Assembly (NCBI GenBank): GCA_964641015.1
Contig: CAZXJN010000001.1
Coordinates: forward strand, 42,733-106,732
Length of the DNA stretch: 64,000 nucleotides
DNA from: an uncultured Candidatus Saccharibacteria bacterium
GTDB taxonomy: Bacteria > Patescibacteriota > Saccharimonadia > Saccharimonadales > JACDBH01
Reading direction: 5' to 3'
Shown here in pieces: positions 18,431-28,368 of this stretch. The notes under the pieces are model-generated. The model did no database searches. It saw only the letters and a list, made by a program, of their open reading frames with translations, and was not told where the DNA came from. The position numbers and the translations under genes were made by a program. How positions within the stretch are numbered: position 1 is the stretch's first letter; every line of letters starts with the position of its first letter.

Positions 18431-20461
18431 CTAATTCAGCGTTACTACTGCCTGCGCCAGACGTACGCGACGGGACAACTCAGGGTAGGAGGCAAGTGAC
18501 CTATCGCTTAGAAAATCGTTCACTGCTTCACGAGCCTCAGCTAATAATTGGTGGTCGGTTAAAGTTGCAAACCGCAGATCCAACGCACCATGCTGAAGCG
18601 TACCGTAGATTGCACCCGGACCACGAATTTCCAGATCCAACTCTGCCAGGCGAAACCCGTCGGATAGCTGCGAAAATGCCAGCAATCGTCGGGACGGCGC
18701 CCGAGCATCACTCGGTACTACATAGCAGTAGGCCTGGTCGCTGCTGCGCCCCACCCGCCCGCGCAGCTGGTGCATTTGTGCGAGCCCAAACCTATCGGCA
18801 CCCTCAATCACCATCACCGTGGCATTCGGCACATTCACCCCTACCTCGATTACCGTGGTGGACACTAGTATATCGAGCTGGCCGGCTACAAATCGCTCCA
18901 TGGTCTTCTGTTTTTCCTCTGACTTGAGCTTTCCATGCAGCAGCCCTACTCGTTTGTCTTTGAATGTCTTTTGACTAAGCCGCTTATAGGTTGCCTCGGC
19001 ACTTGTGGTTTGCAGCTTATTTTCTTCTTGTATAACGGGGCAGACCACGTACGCCTGATGTCCTCTATCTATCTCTTCGCGTATATGCTGCTCCATCGAT
19101 TCGCGACTGTTCGGCGAAATAATTTTTGTCTCTATTGGCTTGCGGCCAGGCGGCAACGCGTCAAGCAGGCTAATGTCAAGCTCTCCGTATAGTGTCAGCG
19201 CCAGACTGCGTGGAATCGGCGTGGCAGTCATACTGATGACATGCGGCACTTTACCGTACTGTTTTAGCAGTTGTTTGCGCTGCTCCACCCCGAATCGATG
19301 CTGTTCATCTATAACTATTAGCCCTGGATTTTGCATCGTAGCATCCTGCGTAAGCAGAGCATGCGTACCGACAACCAAGCCCACGCCGCCATCTGCCAGG
19401 CGCTTCTTTATACGAGTCTTTTCAGCGGACTTCATGCTGCCCACCAGCAAACCCACCTTACCACCCAGGCCAATAGGAGTTAGCATCTCGAGAACCGATT
19501 CGGCGTGCTGGCGAGCCAGTAGCTCAGTTGGCGCCAACAACGCTGCTTGATAGTCCGCATGCATTGTCATAACGGCTGCCAGTGCGGCAATAACCGTTTT
19601 ACCGCTGCCGACATCACCCTCTATCAATCGATTTGCCGGACTCGTGCTGTCAATGTCCTTTAGGACTTGCCAGGCTACTTTGCGCTGTGCATCAGTCAGA
19701 GAAAATGGCAGACTACCCACGAACTGTTTGGCAACAGATTCATCAAACGACAGCCGTGGTGCCTCTTCACCGGCAATCTCTTGTTTAAGAATTTTGCTCG
19801 CAAGCATCAGCTCGAATACTTCAATAAACGACATGGTGCGCTGCGCGCGTGCAAGCAGCTCTGCAGAATCAGGAAAATGCAGCTGATGAATTGCCGACGG
19901 GTACGGCAGTAGCTGGTATTTTTTAACAAACTCTTGCGGTAAAAACGCCGGCAGCAACGAAGCGTGCTTGACCGCCTCGGCCATAACTTTGCGAATAGTA
20001 CGTGCACCGACACCTTTGCTTTCTCTATATACGGGCACGATTCGTGCAGTGTGCACCGGCATATCACTGACCAGTTCAATCCCCGGGCTGATAATTGCAA
20101 ACCGTCCTGCTCGGAATTCGAGCTTGCCAGTGATAAAATATTCCTTATCATTTTTCAGCCCACCCGCACGGTAGGGTTGATTGAACCATACCAGCCGTAT
20201 GCTTCCACTATCATCAGACGCGACAGCTTCGGTAATATGCATACCACGACGCACATATCTACCTTTTGCCTGTTTGATGACCGCCTGAATCGTCACCATG
20301 CCCGGCCGCAGCGAAGCAATCGGCGTAATTTTTGTATAATCGTGATAACTTCGAGGAAAATAGTGCAGCATATCGTGCACGCTATGAACCCCGATAGCAC
20401 CAAGCGATTTAGCTAACGCCGGACCAACACCTTTCAACTCAGTCAGCTTCACCTCTGTCAT
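18431..20461 (-). CDS. recG: ATP-dependent DNA helicase RecG
   Basis: GDVGSGKT, DEQHRFG, MTATPIPRSL and QLRGRVGR motifs. Confidence 0.97.
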   Translation of the reverse strand: MTEVKLTELKGVGPALAKSLGAIGVHSVHDMLHYFPRSYHDYTKITPIASLRPGMVTIQAVIKQAKGRYVRRGMHITEAVASDDSGSIRLVWFNQPYRAGGLKNDKEYFITGKLEFRAGRFAIISPGIELVSDMPVHTARIVPVYRESKGVGARTIRKVMAEAVKHASLLPAFLPQEFVKKYQLLPYPSAIHQLHFPDSAELLARAQRTMSFIEVFELMLASKILKQEIAGEEAPRLSFDESVAKQFVGSLPFSLTDAQRKVAWQVLKDIDSTSPANRLIEGDVGSGKTVIAALAAVMTMHADYQAALLAPTELLARQHAESVLEMLTPIGLGGKVGLLVGSMKSAEKTRIKKRLADGGVGLVVGTHALLTQDATMQNPGLIVIDEQHRFGVEQRKQLLKQYGKVPHVISMTATPIPRSLALTLYGELDISLLDALPPGRKPIETKIISPNSRESMEQHIREEIDRGHQAYVVCPVIQEENKLQTTSAEATYKRLSQKTFKDKRVGLLHGKLKSEEKQKTMERFVAGQLDILVSTTVIEVGVNVPNATVMVIEGADRFGLAQMHQLRGRVGRSSDQAYCYVVPSDARAPSRRLLAFSQLSDGFRLAELDLEIRGPGAIYGTLQHGALDLRFATLTDHQLLAEAREAVNDFLSDRSLASYPELSRRVRLAQAVVTLN

Positions 20462-20492
20462 ATCGTAAGTATAACAGATAGAAATATCGACT

Positions 20493-20536
20493 TTGACGAG
20501 TGTATATATTGTGATTACATTCTAGGTTTATGGGGT
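20493..20536 (+). promoter_or_regulatory. Degenerate orphan promoter (ATAGGGT-family variant)
   Basis: TTGACG-17-TACATT...ATGGGGT, pointing at the 3' end of the methyltransferase gene. Confidence 0.4.
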
Positions 20537-20610
20537 TTTTTGTCCGAGAAGATTAGACTAAAGGTTTTCTGTCATTACATAAGCAACGCTTGAATACCAC
20601 CCCGTGGTAT

Positions 20611-21393
20611 TTATTCTGGTTTTCGAACAAGAAATACCGTCGACGGTCCAAAATAGGATTTCGCTAGCGGTGACTGCATTATATTTTCAAGCGCTAATAG
20701 CCCGCGCTTAGGAATAACCTTTTTCAGTAGTGGACTACGCAAGTTGGATACTGATAAAACCTTTTCAACCTTTAGGCCGGCATGCGCGAGCTGCTTGCGC
20801 ACCGTTTTGGGGTTGTGGTTAACAAAAGGTATTTCGTCCTCGCGCTGATTTTCCGGAGAACGAATGTCAACGGGCTCGGTGGGCAGCCGCTTGCCTTTGA
20901 GCGTATGCTTGACGCGGTTTTTAAAATTTGAATAATTAGCAAATTCAAAGAAAAAATACCCGCCCGGCTTTAGTATGCGTGCAATCTCCGCAAACTCAGC
21001 CGAAGGATCAGGCAAGTGATGCAGCACCCGTACCACCGTGACCAGATCTACGCTATTGTCTTTGAACTTTAAATCATCTGCCTGCAACAGCTTGCGATCG
21101 ACCGTTGGGAAATCCTTTAAATACTCTTCGGCGATATCAAGTTGCTGCTGGCTTGGTTCAGCCAGCGTAACCTTATCTGCGTATTTCGTCAGTACAGCGC
21201 TTAGCCGGCCGTATCCGCCGCCCACATCTACTGCGTGCTCAAACCGCTTGCCGCCCAGGAGTTTCTCAAGCGCGATTACTTCGGCAGCATGCTCATAGTC
21301 GCGGCCATCCCAATAATGAAGGTAGTTGTGCTTTGGATCATTGTACTGATCGGCTTTTTTCTTTGCTGGTTTGGTTTTCTTAGTATTTGCCAT
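20611..21393 (-). CDS. Class I SAM-dependent methyltransferase
   Basis: VDVGGGYGR motif I; VLHHLPDP and RILKPGG. Confidence 0.9.
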   Translation of the reverse strand: MANTKKTKPAKKKADQYNDPKHNYLHYWDGRDYEHAAEVIALEKLLGGKRFEHAVDVGGGYGRLSAVLTKYADKVTLAEPSQQQLDIAEEYLKDFPTVDRKLLQADDLKFKDNSVDLVTVVRVLHHLPDPSAEFAEIARILKPGGYFFFEFANYSNFKNRVKHTLKGKRLPTEPVDIRSPENQREDEIPFVNHNPKTVRKQLAHAGLKVEKVLSVSNLRSPLLKKVIPKRGLLALENIMQSPLAKSYFGPSTVFLVRKPE

Positions 21394-21429
21394 TATTATA
21401 GAATCTTTTCTCTTCTTTGGAATTTAAAT

Positions 21430-22677
21430 TTATACGAATCTTAGAATTGCGGATGCATTCTTGCCGCGTCTCATGATAACATGACCGGCAATCTCATCCT
21501 GGTCTTCCAGTGAGGTTTTTGACGCGCTGATCTGCTGGCCGTTGATATATACGGCCCCGCCCTCGATGAACCGTCGCGCTTCGCCCTTAGAGCTGGCCAA
21601 GCCAGTGCTTACAAGCGCATCGATTACCTGAGCGCCCGGCTGGATGTCGACGGACGGCAGCTCATCTTTCAGCTGTTTGAAGTCATCACCTGTAAGGCTG
21701 GCGTAATCGTTGCCGCCAAACAATACCTCACTGATGCGCTTGACCGACTCGGCGTTCTCTTCGCCGTGGACAAGCTTGGTTACCTCGTAAGCCAACGCCT
21801 TCTGGGCTAGGCGCGAAGCACGGTTTTGATTGAAGTCTTCTTCGATGCGCTCTATCTCCTCACGCGAAAGCAGGGTGTATATCTTCATATAATCGATCAC
21901 GCCATCGTCGTCGCAGTTCAGCCAGAACTGGTAGAACTGGTAGACGCTGGTCTTGTCCGGGTTCAGCCAGACAGCACCGCCTTCGGTCTTGCCAAACTTG
22001 ACGCCTGTAGTCTTATTGACAACAAGCGGTCCCGTCCACACATGCGCCTCGCCGCCGCCGATCCGCCTGACAAGCTCAACTCCGGCAATGCTGTTGCCCC
22101 ATTGATCAGCGCCAGCCACCTGCAAGGTCACGCCCTTTTCGCGGTACAGGTGGAGAAAGTCATAGCCTTGTATCAAACTGTAGCTGAACTCAGCATATGA
22201 AATGCCCTCTCCGTCTTCGCTGAGGCGGCTTTGGACAAAATCACGACCCAGCATCTGCCTCATCGGCACATGCTTGCCGACATCGCGCAAAAAATCCAGG
22301 TAATTTATATCTTTGAACCAATCGTAGTTGTCTACAATTTCAAAGTCTTTGCCAGCAAACACCTTGTTATATTGCTCGGCAATTACCTTTTTGTTCCTCG
22401 CGATTTCGTCAAGGGACCTGAGGTCGCGTTCCTGCTTTTTACCATCCGGATCGCCAATCATGCCAGTCGCGCCGCCCACAAGCAGCACCGCCTTGTGGCC
22501 GTGCTCGATGAAATGCCTGACCATCATAGCTATGGCCAAGTTGCCAATCTGCATGGAGTCGGCGCTGGGATCCACTCCCCAATAAAATGTAATCGGACCC
22601 TTGTCCAGCTCAGTTATATCCTTGAAAGTAGTCTGATTTACAAACCCTCGCCAGGCGAGCTCTTCGGATAAAGTCAT
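21430..22677 (-). CDS. tyrS: Tyrosine--tRNA ligase
   Basis: GVDPSADSMQIGN (HIGH variant), QGYDF, GADQWGN, KFGKT and a C-terminal S4 domain. Confidence 0.97.
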   Translation of the reverse strand: MTLSEELAWRGFVNQTTFKDITELDKGPITFYWGVDPSADSMQIGNLAIAMMVRHFIEHGHKAVLLVGGATGMIGDPDGKKQERDLRSLDEIARNKKVIAEQYNKVFAGKDFEIVDNYDWFKDINYLDFLRDVGKHVPMRQMLGRDFVQSRLSEDGEGISYAEFSYSLIQGYDFLHLYREKGVTLQVAGADQWGNSIAGVELVRRIGGGEAHVWTGPLVVNKTTGVKFGKTEGGAVWLNPDKTSVYQFYQFWLNCDDDGVIDYMKIYTLLSREEIERIEEDFNQNRASRLAQKALAYEVTKLVHGEENAESVKRISEVLFGGNDYASLTGDDFKQLKDELPSVDIQPGAQVIDALVSTGLASSKGEARRFIEGGAVYINGQQISASKTSLEDQDEIAGHVIMRRGKNASAILRFV

Positions 22678-22833
22678 TATATGCAAGCTTCCTCTCAGTT
22701 AGACAAATGTAGAATTGATATGATCTATAACATATATCGTACCCGAGAACCCCTGTACGTGCAAAAAAATATACTAGGTATCGATAAGCATTTTGGGTAT
22801 AATTATTGTCAAGCAAGGGAGTAGTGAACTGCT

Positions 22834-25830
22834 ATGGCAGGTAGAAAGAAAACAACCTCAAAACGACCACGAAAAAATAATGTACACGTCACTAAAAGCG
22901 GCAAGACCATCAAGCTCAATACGTCGCTCGCAGACAAAATAAAGGCCAGCCGTGATCAGAAGGCGCTGCGCAAAGCCGAGCGCATGCGCGGCATGCCCAA
23001 AGGTCGTGTCAAACGATTCTTCTACCGCATGCACCCAAAACGGCTGAAGGAATATTGGTGGAGCCGCGAAGGCGGCATTATGGCGCTCAAGATCACTGGT
23101 ATCAGTATTGTCGTTATGTTTGTTCTGCTGGTCGGGGTATTTGCTTACTTCCGCAAGGATCTGCCGAACCTCCGCGATATATCCGGTAACAACATCGGCG
23201 GATCTATTCGCTACTATGATCGCAGCGGACAAGTGCTCCTCTGGGAAGATTACGATGCGGTGAAGCGTATTCCGGTTCCAGGCGAAGATATATCAGACTA
23301 CCTCAAGATGGCGACCATTGCGCTTGAAGACCGTGATTTTTACAAGCACGGCGGGTTTGATCTCAAAGGCATTACCCGGGCTGCTTGGGCAAACATCACC
23401 GGCGGCACCACCTCACAGGGTGGTTCAACCCTCACACAGCAGCTTGTGAAGCTTAGCCAGGATTGGAGCGACGACCGCTCCTATACTCGTAAAGTCAAAG
23501 AGCTGATTTTGGCTATCGAACTGGAGCGCAGCTACAACAAGGACGAGATTCTTGCTGGCTACCTCAATACAGCCCCGTATGGAAATATCCAATACGGCGC
23601 TGAGGTTGCCGCACAAGATTATTTCCATAAATCAGCTAAGGATTTAACCTTAGCTGAGTCAGTCTTCCTCGCGGCAATACCACAAGCACCATCGTTCTAT
23701 TCGCCTTACGGCGCATATTTTAACGAAGAAAACTCTAGCGGCGTCACGGGCCGCGAAGCGGTGACTTACCGAATGCACTACACTCTCGACATTATGCATG
23801 AGATGGGCTTTATCTCGCGTGAAGAGCGCGATGCCACCAAGGAGATAGACGTACTCGCCACGGTACAGCGAACTGAGAGCAAGTATCACAATATTAAAGC
23901 TCCGCACTTTGTGCTGGCTGCAAAGGAAGAGCTTGAAAAGAAATACAGTGCCGAAACAGTGAACCGCAGCGGCTGGAAAGTAATAACCACGCTTGATATG
24001 GACCTGCAGAAGATTGCTGAAGAAGAAGTGGCGAGCGGCGTGCAGCAAGTAATTCGCCAGCGCGGCAATGTAGCAGCTTTTGCCGCTGAGGATGTTGAAT
24101 CAGGACAGATTGTCGCGATGGTCGGCGGACCTGACTTCAATAACCCTGAATATGGTCAGAACAATTACGCACGCACTCCACTACCACCTGGCTCGAGCTT
24201 CAAACCTTATGATTATGCAGCGCTTATGGAGTCTACTAATAATGTGGGTGCCGGCACCGTGCTCTATGATACCAAAGGCCCGCTGCCAGGCTATCCATGT
24301 ACTAACCAAGCTGCACCTAAAAACGGCGGGAACTGTCTGCACGATTACGATCTACGCTTTCCTGGCCCTGTTACCCTGCGGTATGCCCTCGGCGGCTCCA
24401 GGAACGTGCCAGCAGTCAAGGCTATGTTGATAGCAGGCGTGGATAAGACTATCGAAACCGCTGAAACTATAATGAACGCCAGCAATCCAAACAGCTACGG
24501 CTACAACTGCTATGCGCCGGAAACGACTGAGTTTGTACCAGAGAATGAAGAACAGTGCTACGCGTCATCAGCAATCGGCGACGGAGCTTACCTCAAGATG
24601 GATGAGCACGTGCATGGGCTTGCCACCCTCTCCCGCAACGGCCTCAGCCTTCCGCGCACCTATATTCTGGAAATAAAAGATGCTTCAAATAAAACCACAT
24701 ACAAATGGGAGCTGGAGGGCGGCCAGCAAACTGTTCGGCCTGATACAGCTTACATCATCAGTGATATGCTCGCAGACCCTCGGGCCAGCTACATGAGCCG
24801 CAAAATCAACTCCGTCCGCGGCAAAGGCGGCAACTGGCGCCTTGCGGTAAAGACTGGTACCACCAACGACGCCAAAGACGGATGGATGACAGGCTACAGT
24901 CCAAAATATGCCGCTGCCGTATGGGTGGGTTATCACAACCGCACCAGAGAAATGACCGGCTTCATGGAAAACATGACCAGACCAATATTCTACAACTGGA
25001 TGGAGCGTGCACACGCCAATCTGGAACCAAAAGATTGGCCAAAACCAAGCGGCGTGCAAACCCTGCCCGCCTATGTCGTAACCTCGCATGTGGGCACCGG
25101 CTCAATACAGCCAAGCCCAAGCACCGATCTATACCCTAGCTGGTACCAAAGAAAGTCTGCTTCTCAGCAAAGGCGTACGATTGATGTGATATCAGGCAAG
25201 CTCGCAACCGAGTGTACGCCAGATCTCGCACGCAAAGATTCAACCGGCGGCTCAGCCTCGCAACATAGCAGTGATATATTTGTCGATGCCGGCTCTACCA
25301 CTGACGAAAAGGATGACGTACATATGTGCGGTGATGTCCGGCCATCTGTCAACATTACCAGATCTTTGTCTGAATATGGAAACAGCTACGTTATTGATGC
25401 AAAGGTTGACCAAGGAACGCATCCGCTGGCTGGCAACACCGACAAAGGTGCGGGCAAAATCGAGTTCCGTGTCGGCAGCGAAGTGGTGGCTACTCAGGAT
25501 CTCACCGACCCTGGCCTGTACAGAATAAGCTACACCCCAACGAGCGGTGGCACACAGACAGTAACCGCACGAGTAATCGACAGCGTACTCTATGATGCAA
25601 GCTCAAATTCTGTGAACCTGAACGTAATCTCGCTGAGCAGCAACAGCAGCAATACGTTTTCTTGGACAAATGCGAGCGGCAGTGTATCTGTCTATCGCGC
25701 CAACGACAATCAGCTCATATGCAGCAGTTCGTTGGGAAGCTGCATGAGCACCATTGGTAATATTCCATCAAACACTCAAGTGTATGCCAAAAGCGTCAAC
25801 GAAACTTCGCCTGCAATCGGCGCCCAGTAG
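22834..25830 (+). CDS. Class A penicillin-binding protein (transglycosylase/transpeptidase) with C-terminal beta-rich domain
   Basis: EDRDFYKHGG, GGSTLTQQLVK and RKVKE transglycosylase motifs; SSFK, SRN and KTGT transpeptidase motifs. Confidence 0.95.
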   Translation: MAGRKKTTSKRPRKNNVHVTKSGKTIKLNTSLADKIKASRDQKALRKAERMRGMPKGRVKRFFYRMHPKRLKEYWWSREGGIMALKITGISIVVMFVLLVGVFAYFRKDLPNLRDISGNNIGGSIRYYDRSGQVLLWEDYDAVKRIPVPGEDISDYLKMATIALEDRDFYKHGGFDLKGITRAAWANITGGTTSQGGSTLTQQLVKLSQDWSDDRSYTRKVKELILAIELERSYNKDEILAGYLNTAPYGNIQYGAEVAAQDYFHKSAKDLTLAESVFLAAIPQAPSFYSPYGAYFNEENSSGVTGREAVTYRMHYTLDIMHEMGFISREERDATKEIDVLATVQRTESKYHNIKAPHFVLAAKEELEKKYSAETVNRSGWKVITTLDMDLQKIAEEEVASGVQQVIRQRGNVAAFAAEDVESGQIVAMVGGPDFNNPEYGQNNYARTPLPPGSSFKPYDYAALMESTNNVGAGTVLYDTKGPLPGYPCTNQAAPKNGGNCLHDYDLRFPGPVTLRYALGGSRNVPAVKAMLIAGVDKTIETAETIMNASNPNSYGYNCYAPETTEFVPENEEQCYASSAIGDGAYLKMDEHVHGLATLSRNGLSLPRTYILEIKDASNKTTYKWELEGGQQTVRPDTAYIISDMLADPRASYMSRKINSVRGKGGNWRLAVKTGTTNDAKDGWMTGYSPKYAAAVWVGYHNRTREMTGFMENMTRPIFYNWMERAHANLEPKDWPKPSGVQTLPAYVVTSHVGTGSIQPSPSTDLYPSWYQRKSASQQRRTIDVISGKLATECTPDLARKDSTGGSASQHSSDIFVDAGSTTDEKDDVHMCGDVRPSVNITRSLSEYGNSYVIDAKVDQGTHPLAGNTDKGAGKIEFRVGSEVVATQDLTDPGLYRISYTPTSGGTQTVTARVIDSVLYDASSNSVNLNVISLSSNSSNTFSWTNASGSVSVYRANDNQLICSSSLGSCMSTIGNIPSNTQVYAKSVNETSPAIGAQ

Positions 25831-27174
25831 CTACTTACTCAGAAAGGTATTGAGTGCAGATTTTATATCTGCTACCTCGTGTACGAACGCAGAGTTTTTG
25901 ACGCCGCTATTCTTTGGAGTAATCGCTGCTTTAAAGCCAAGCTTTTTAGCTTCAGCCACCCGCTTGTCAGCAAACGGCACCCGGCGGACCTCTCCGCTTA
26001 GCCCGACCTCCCCAAACACTACTGCATCATGTTTGAGCTGCATCCCTTTGGCGGCTGATGCAATAGCCATGCAGACCGCTAGGTCAGCCGCTGGTTCGGT
26101 GATTTTTAACCCGCCTACAATGTTGAGATAAATGTCCTTGTCGGCTAGCTGGAGCTTGGTGCGTCGTTCAAGCATTGCAATCAGCAGATTCATCCTAGTG
26201 AGATCAATACCGCTGGCAGTGCGCTTGGGATAACCATAAGACGTCGTCTGTACAAGAGCCTGCACCTCAACCAGCAATGGTCGTGCACCTTCTATAGTGG
26301 CTAGAACCACCGAACCATCGCTCACCTGCCGCTCTTCAAGCAGCGCCGCCGATGGGTTATCTACCGATACGAGACCTTCGTCTTTCATTTCAAAAATGGC
26401 AGATTCGTGGGTGCTCCCATAGCGATTCTTGACGCTGCGCAGCATTTTGAAACCACCGTAACGATCACCTTCAAGCTGCAGTACAACATCCACTACGTGC
26501 TCAAGCACTTTGGGACCGGCAATCGACCCCTCTTTTGTCACATGGCCGACCAGCAGCAGCGCAGTATGCGACGCCTTAGCGGCCTGCATGAGCATATGCG
26601 TGCTATTGGTGATCTGCGAGACCGAGCCAGTTGCAGAAGCGACTGCGCCGACACGAATGGTCTGAATTGAATCCACTACCACCAGATCAAACTCTCCTGG
26701 TGATATGGTGGCTGCAATATCATCGGTTGACGTGCTGGACGACAGAAGAAGATTCTTATGATTTGCTCCCAGCCGCTTGGCGCGCAAACCTACTTGATTC
26801 ACCGATTCTTCGCCGCTGACATACAAAACCTTGTGGCGTTTTGCAGCCTCATAGGCAAGCTGGAGCATGAGGGTGCTTTTTCCTATGCCCGGTTGGCCGG
26901 CAATCAGCGTAACGCTGCCTGGCACAAACCCGCCGCCAAGCACCATATCAGTATCAGGGGACCCGGTGGTAATCCGTGGCGCCTCCTGACGCTTAGTAAT
27001 ATCTGATACCTCTTGCACAGGAAGCTTTGTACCGCCTGGAGCCGCTAGTGCAGCCACGTCCAGCTGCTCAACAATAGTGTTCCATTCACCGCACGCGCTG
27101 CACTTGCCCATCCAAGAGCTATATGATTGACCGCAGTTTTGGCAGACATATGCCACACTTCCCTTTTTTGCCAT
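25831..27174 (-). CDS. radA: DNA repair protein RadA/Sms
   Basis: CQNCG...CSACG zinc finger, GQPGIGKST and KNRYG motifs. Confidence 0.97.
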   Translation of the reverse strand: MAKKGSVAYVCQNCGQSYSSWMGKCSACGEWNTIVEQLDVAALAAPGGTKLPVQEVSDITKRQEAPRITTGSPDTDMVLGGGFVPGSVTLIAGQPGIGKSTLMLQLAYEAAKRHKVLYVSGEESVNQVGLRAKRLGANHKNLLLSSSTSTDDIAATISPGEFDLVVVDSIQTIRVGAVASATGSVSQITNSTHMLMQAAKASHTALLLVGHVTKEGSIAGPKVLEHVVDVVLQLEGDRYGGFKMLRSVKNRYGSTHESAIFEMKDEGLVSVDNPSAALLEERQVSDGSVVLATIEGARPLLVEVQALVQTTSYGYPKRTASGIDLTRMNLLIAMLERRTKLQLADKDIYLNIVGGLKITEPAADLAVCMAIASAAKGMQLKHDAVVFGEVGLSGEVRRVPFADKRVAEAKKLGFKAAITPKNSGVKNSAFVHEVADIKSALNTFLSK

Positions 27175-27320
27175 ATGGTTAGATTATACCGCACTTGTCA
27201 CTGGCGAAACGATGATGAGCACCTCGCTCTTACAAAAACCTACAAACTATAGTCGTGCAGGGCCCATATTAGGCCTGCTTAGCACCCGTGCTACATCTGA
27301 TAGCATAACAAAACGCACCC

Positions 27321-28292
27321 CTAGCGCTGGGTGGGCACAACCTCTCGGCTGTCTATTGCCTCAACAAGCTCAGCCTCCTCAGAGGCAATCTCGTTTCGCT
27401 GCTGGACGATTCCGTTGTACTTCACAATATCCACGCTGACACTGTCTATAAGCGCGTTAAATTCACCGACGCGATTGTTGTACACCGGCACAAGTTCATT
27501 GTACTGTTCCGTACGCCCGCTTGAACGATAGCTATTCATCTGATTGCGCATATTCTTTAGCTCGTCATTTTGAGCGCGCAGTTTCTCGGTAGCAGCGTCA
27601 ATCTGTTGCTTCAACCTGGATAACTCTTCGTCATACTGGCGAATTTTATTCCGACGGTCAGTAAAGGCCTGCTCGTATTTTTCGGCATAGCGGACAATCT
27701 CTAGCCGATTAGAAAAATACCGTCCGTAGTACTCCTCGAGTTCACGGGGCAAGTTCCGCACCTCCGAACCAAAAATTGAATGCATTTCATTTTCTACAAT
27801 AGACGGATCCTGCTTGCGGTACAGCTCGATTGTTTCAATGATTCGCGGGTCTTTCATGTTCTCGTAGGTCACCTGGAGAAGCGCGTTAATCCGACGCCGC
27901 TCGCTTGCACTCAGCCGCTCGTACGCCGCATGCAAAAACTCATGAGCTGCAGTAACCTGCTTTATACCCTCTAGCCGTTCATCCTGAACGTCAAGCAAAA
28001 AGATCCCGTTCTGCCCGGGCAAATAGCAGCCAAGGACGATAGAATGCTCGTTCTCGCGGCAATGCGTGTTAAATGTTTCCTTGTCAGCCACTATCGGGTG
28101 GTTTACATAAAACAACCGCCGTGACGAATCCACCATAGTAGTATGTTCAGTAAGCTGCACTATTTCGGAGCTCGGAGTATAGCCGCGAAGCTTTACCCAG
28201 TCCTGAATGTCTTGGGCAAAAAGCATTGCACCACCTACGAGCGTTACCATGAGCCCGAGTGATAGCCAACCTATTCTTTTACTTCGTCGCAC
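27321..28292 (-). CDS. Membrane-anchored putative zinc metallopeptidase with C-terminal coiled coil
   Basis: N-terminal TM/signal segment, HEFLH (HExxH), downstream NEMHS, heptad-rich C-terminus. Confidence 0.75.
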   Translation of the reverse strand: MRRSKRIGWLSLGLMVTLVGGAMLFAQDIQDWVKLRGYTPSSEIVQLTEHTTMVDSSRRLFYVNHPIVADKETFNTHCRENEHSIVLGCYLPGQNGIFLLDVQDERLEGIKQVTAAHEFLHAAYERLSASERRRINALLQVTYENMKDPRIIETIELYRKQDPSIVENEMHSIFGSEVRNLPRELEEYYGRYFSNRLEIVRYAEKYEQAFTDRRNKIRQYDEELSRLKQQIDAATEKLRAQNDELKNMRNQMNSYRSSGRTEQYNELVPVYNNRVGEFNALIDSVSVDIVKYNGIVQQRNEIASEEAELVEAIDSREVVPTQR

Positions 28293-28368
28293 CAGATACT
28301 GCCTGTTTAGCTAATTAAATAGTACGCTAGGACAGCGATCGTGGCTATAGGCTGTTTTATATTTGCAG

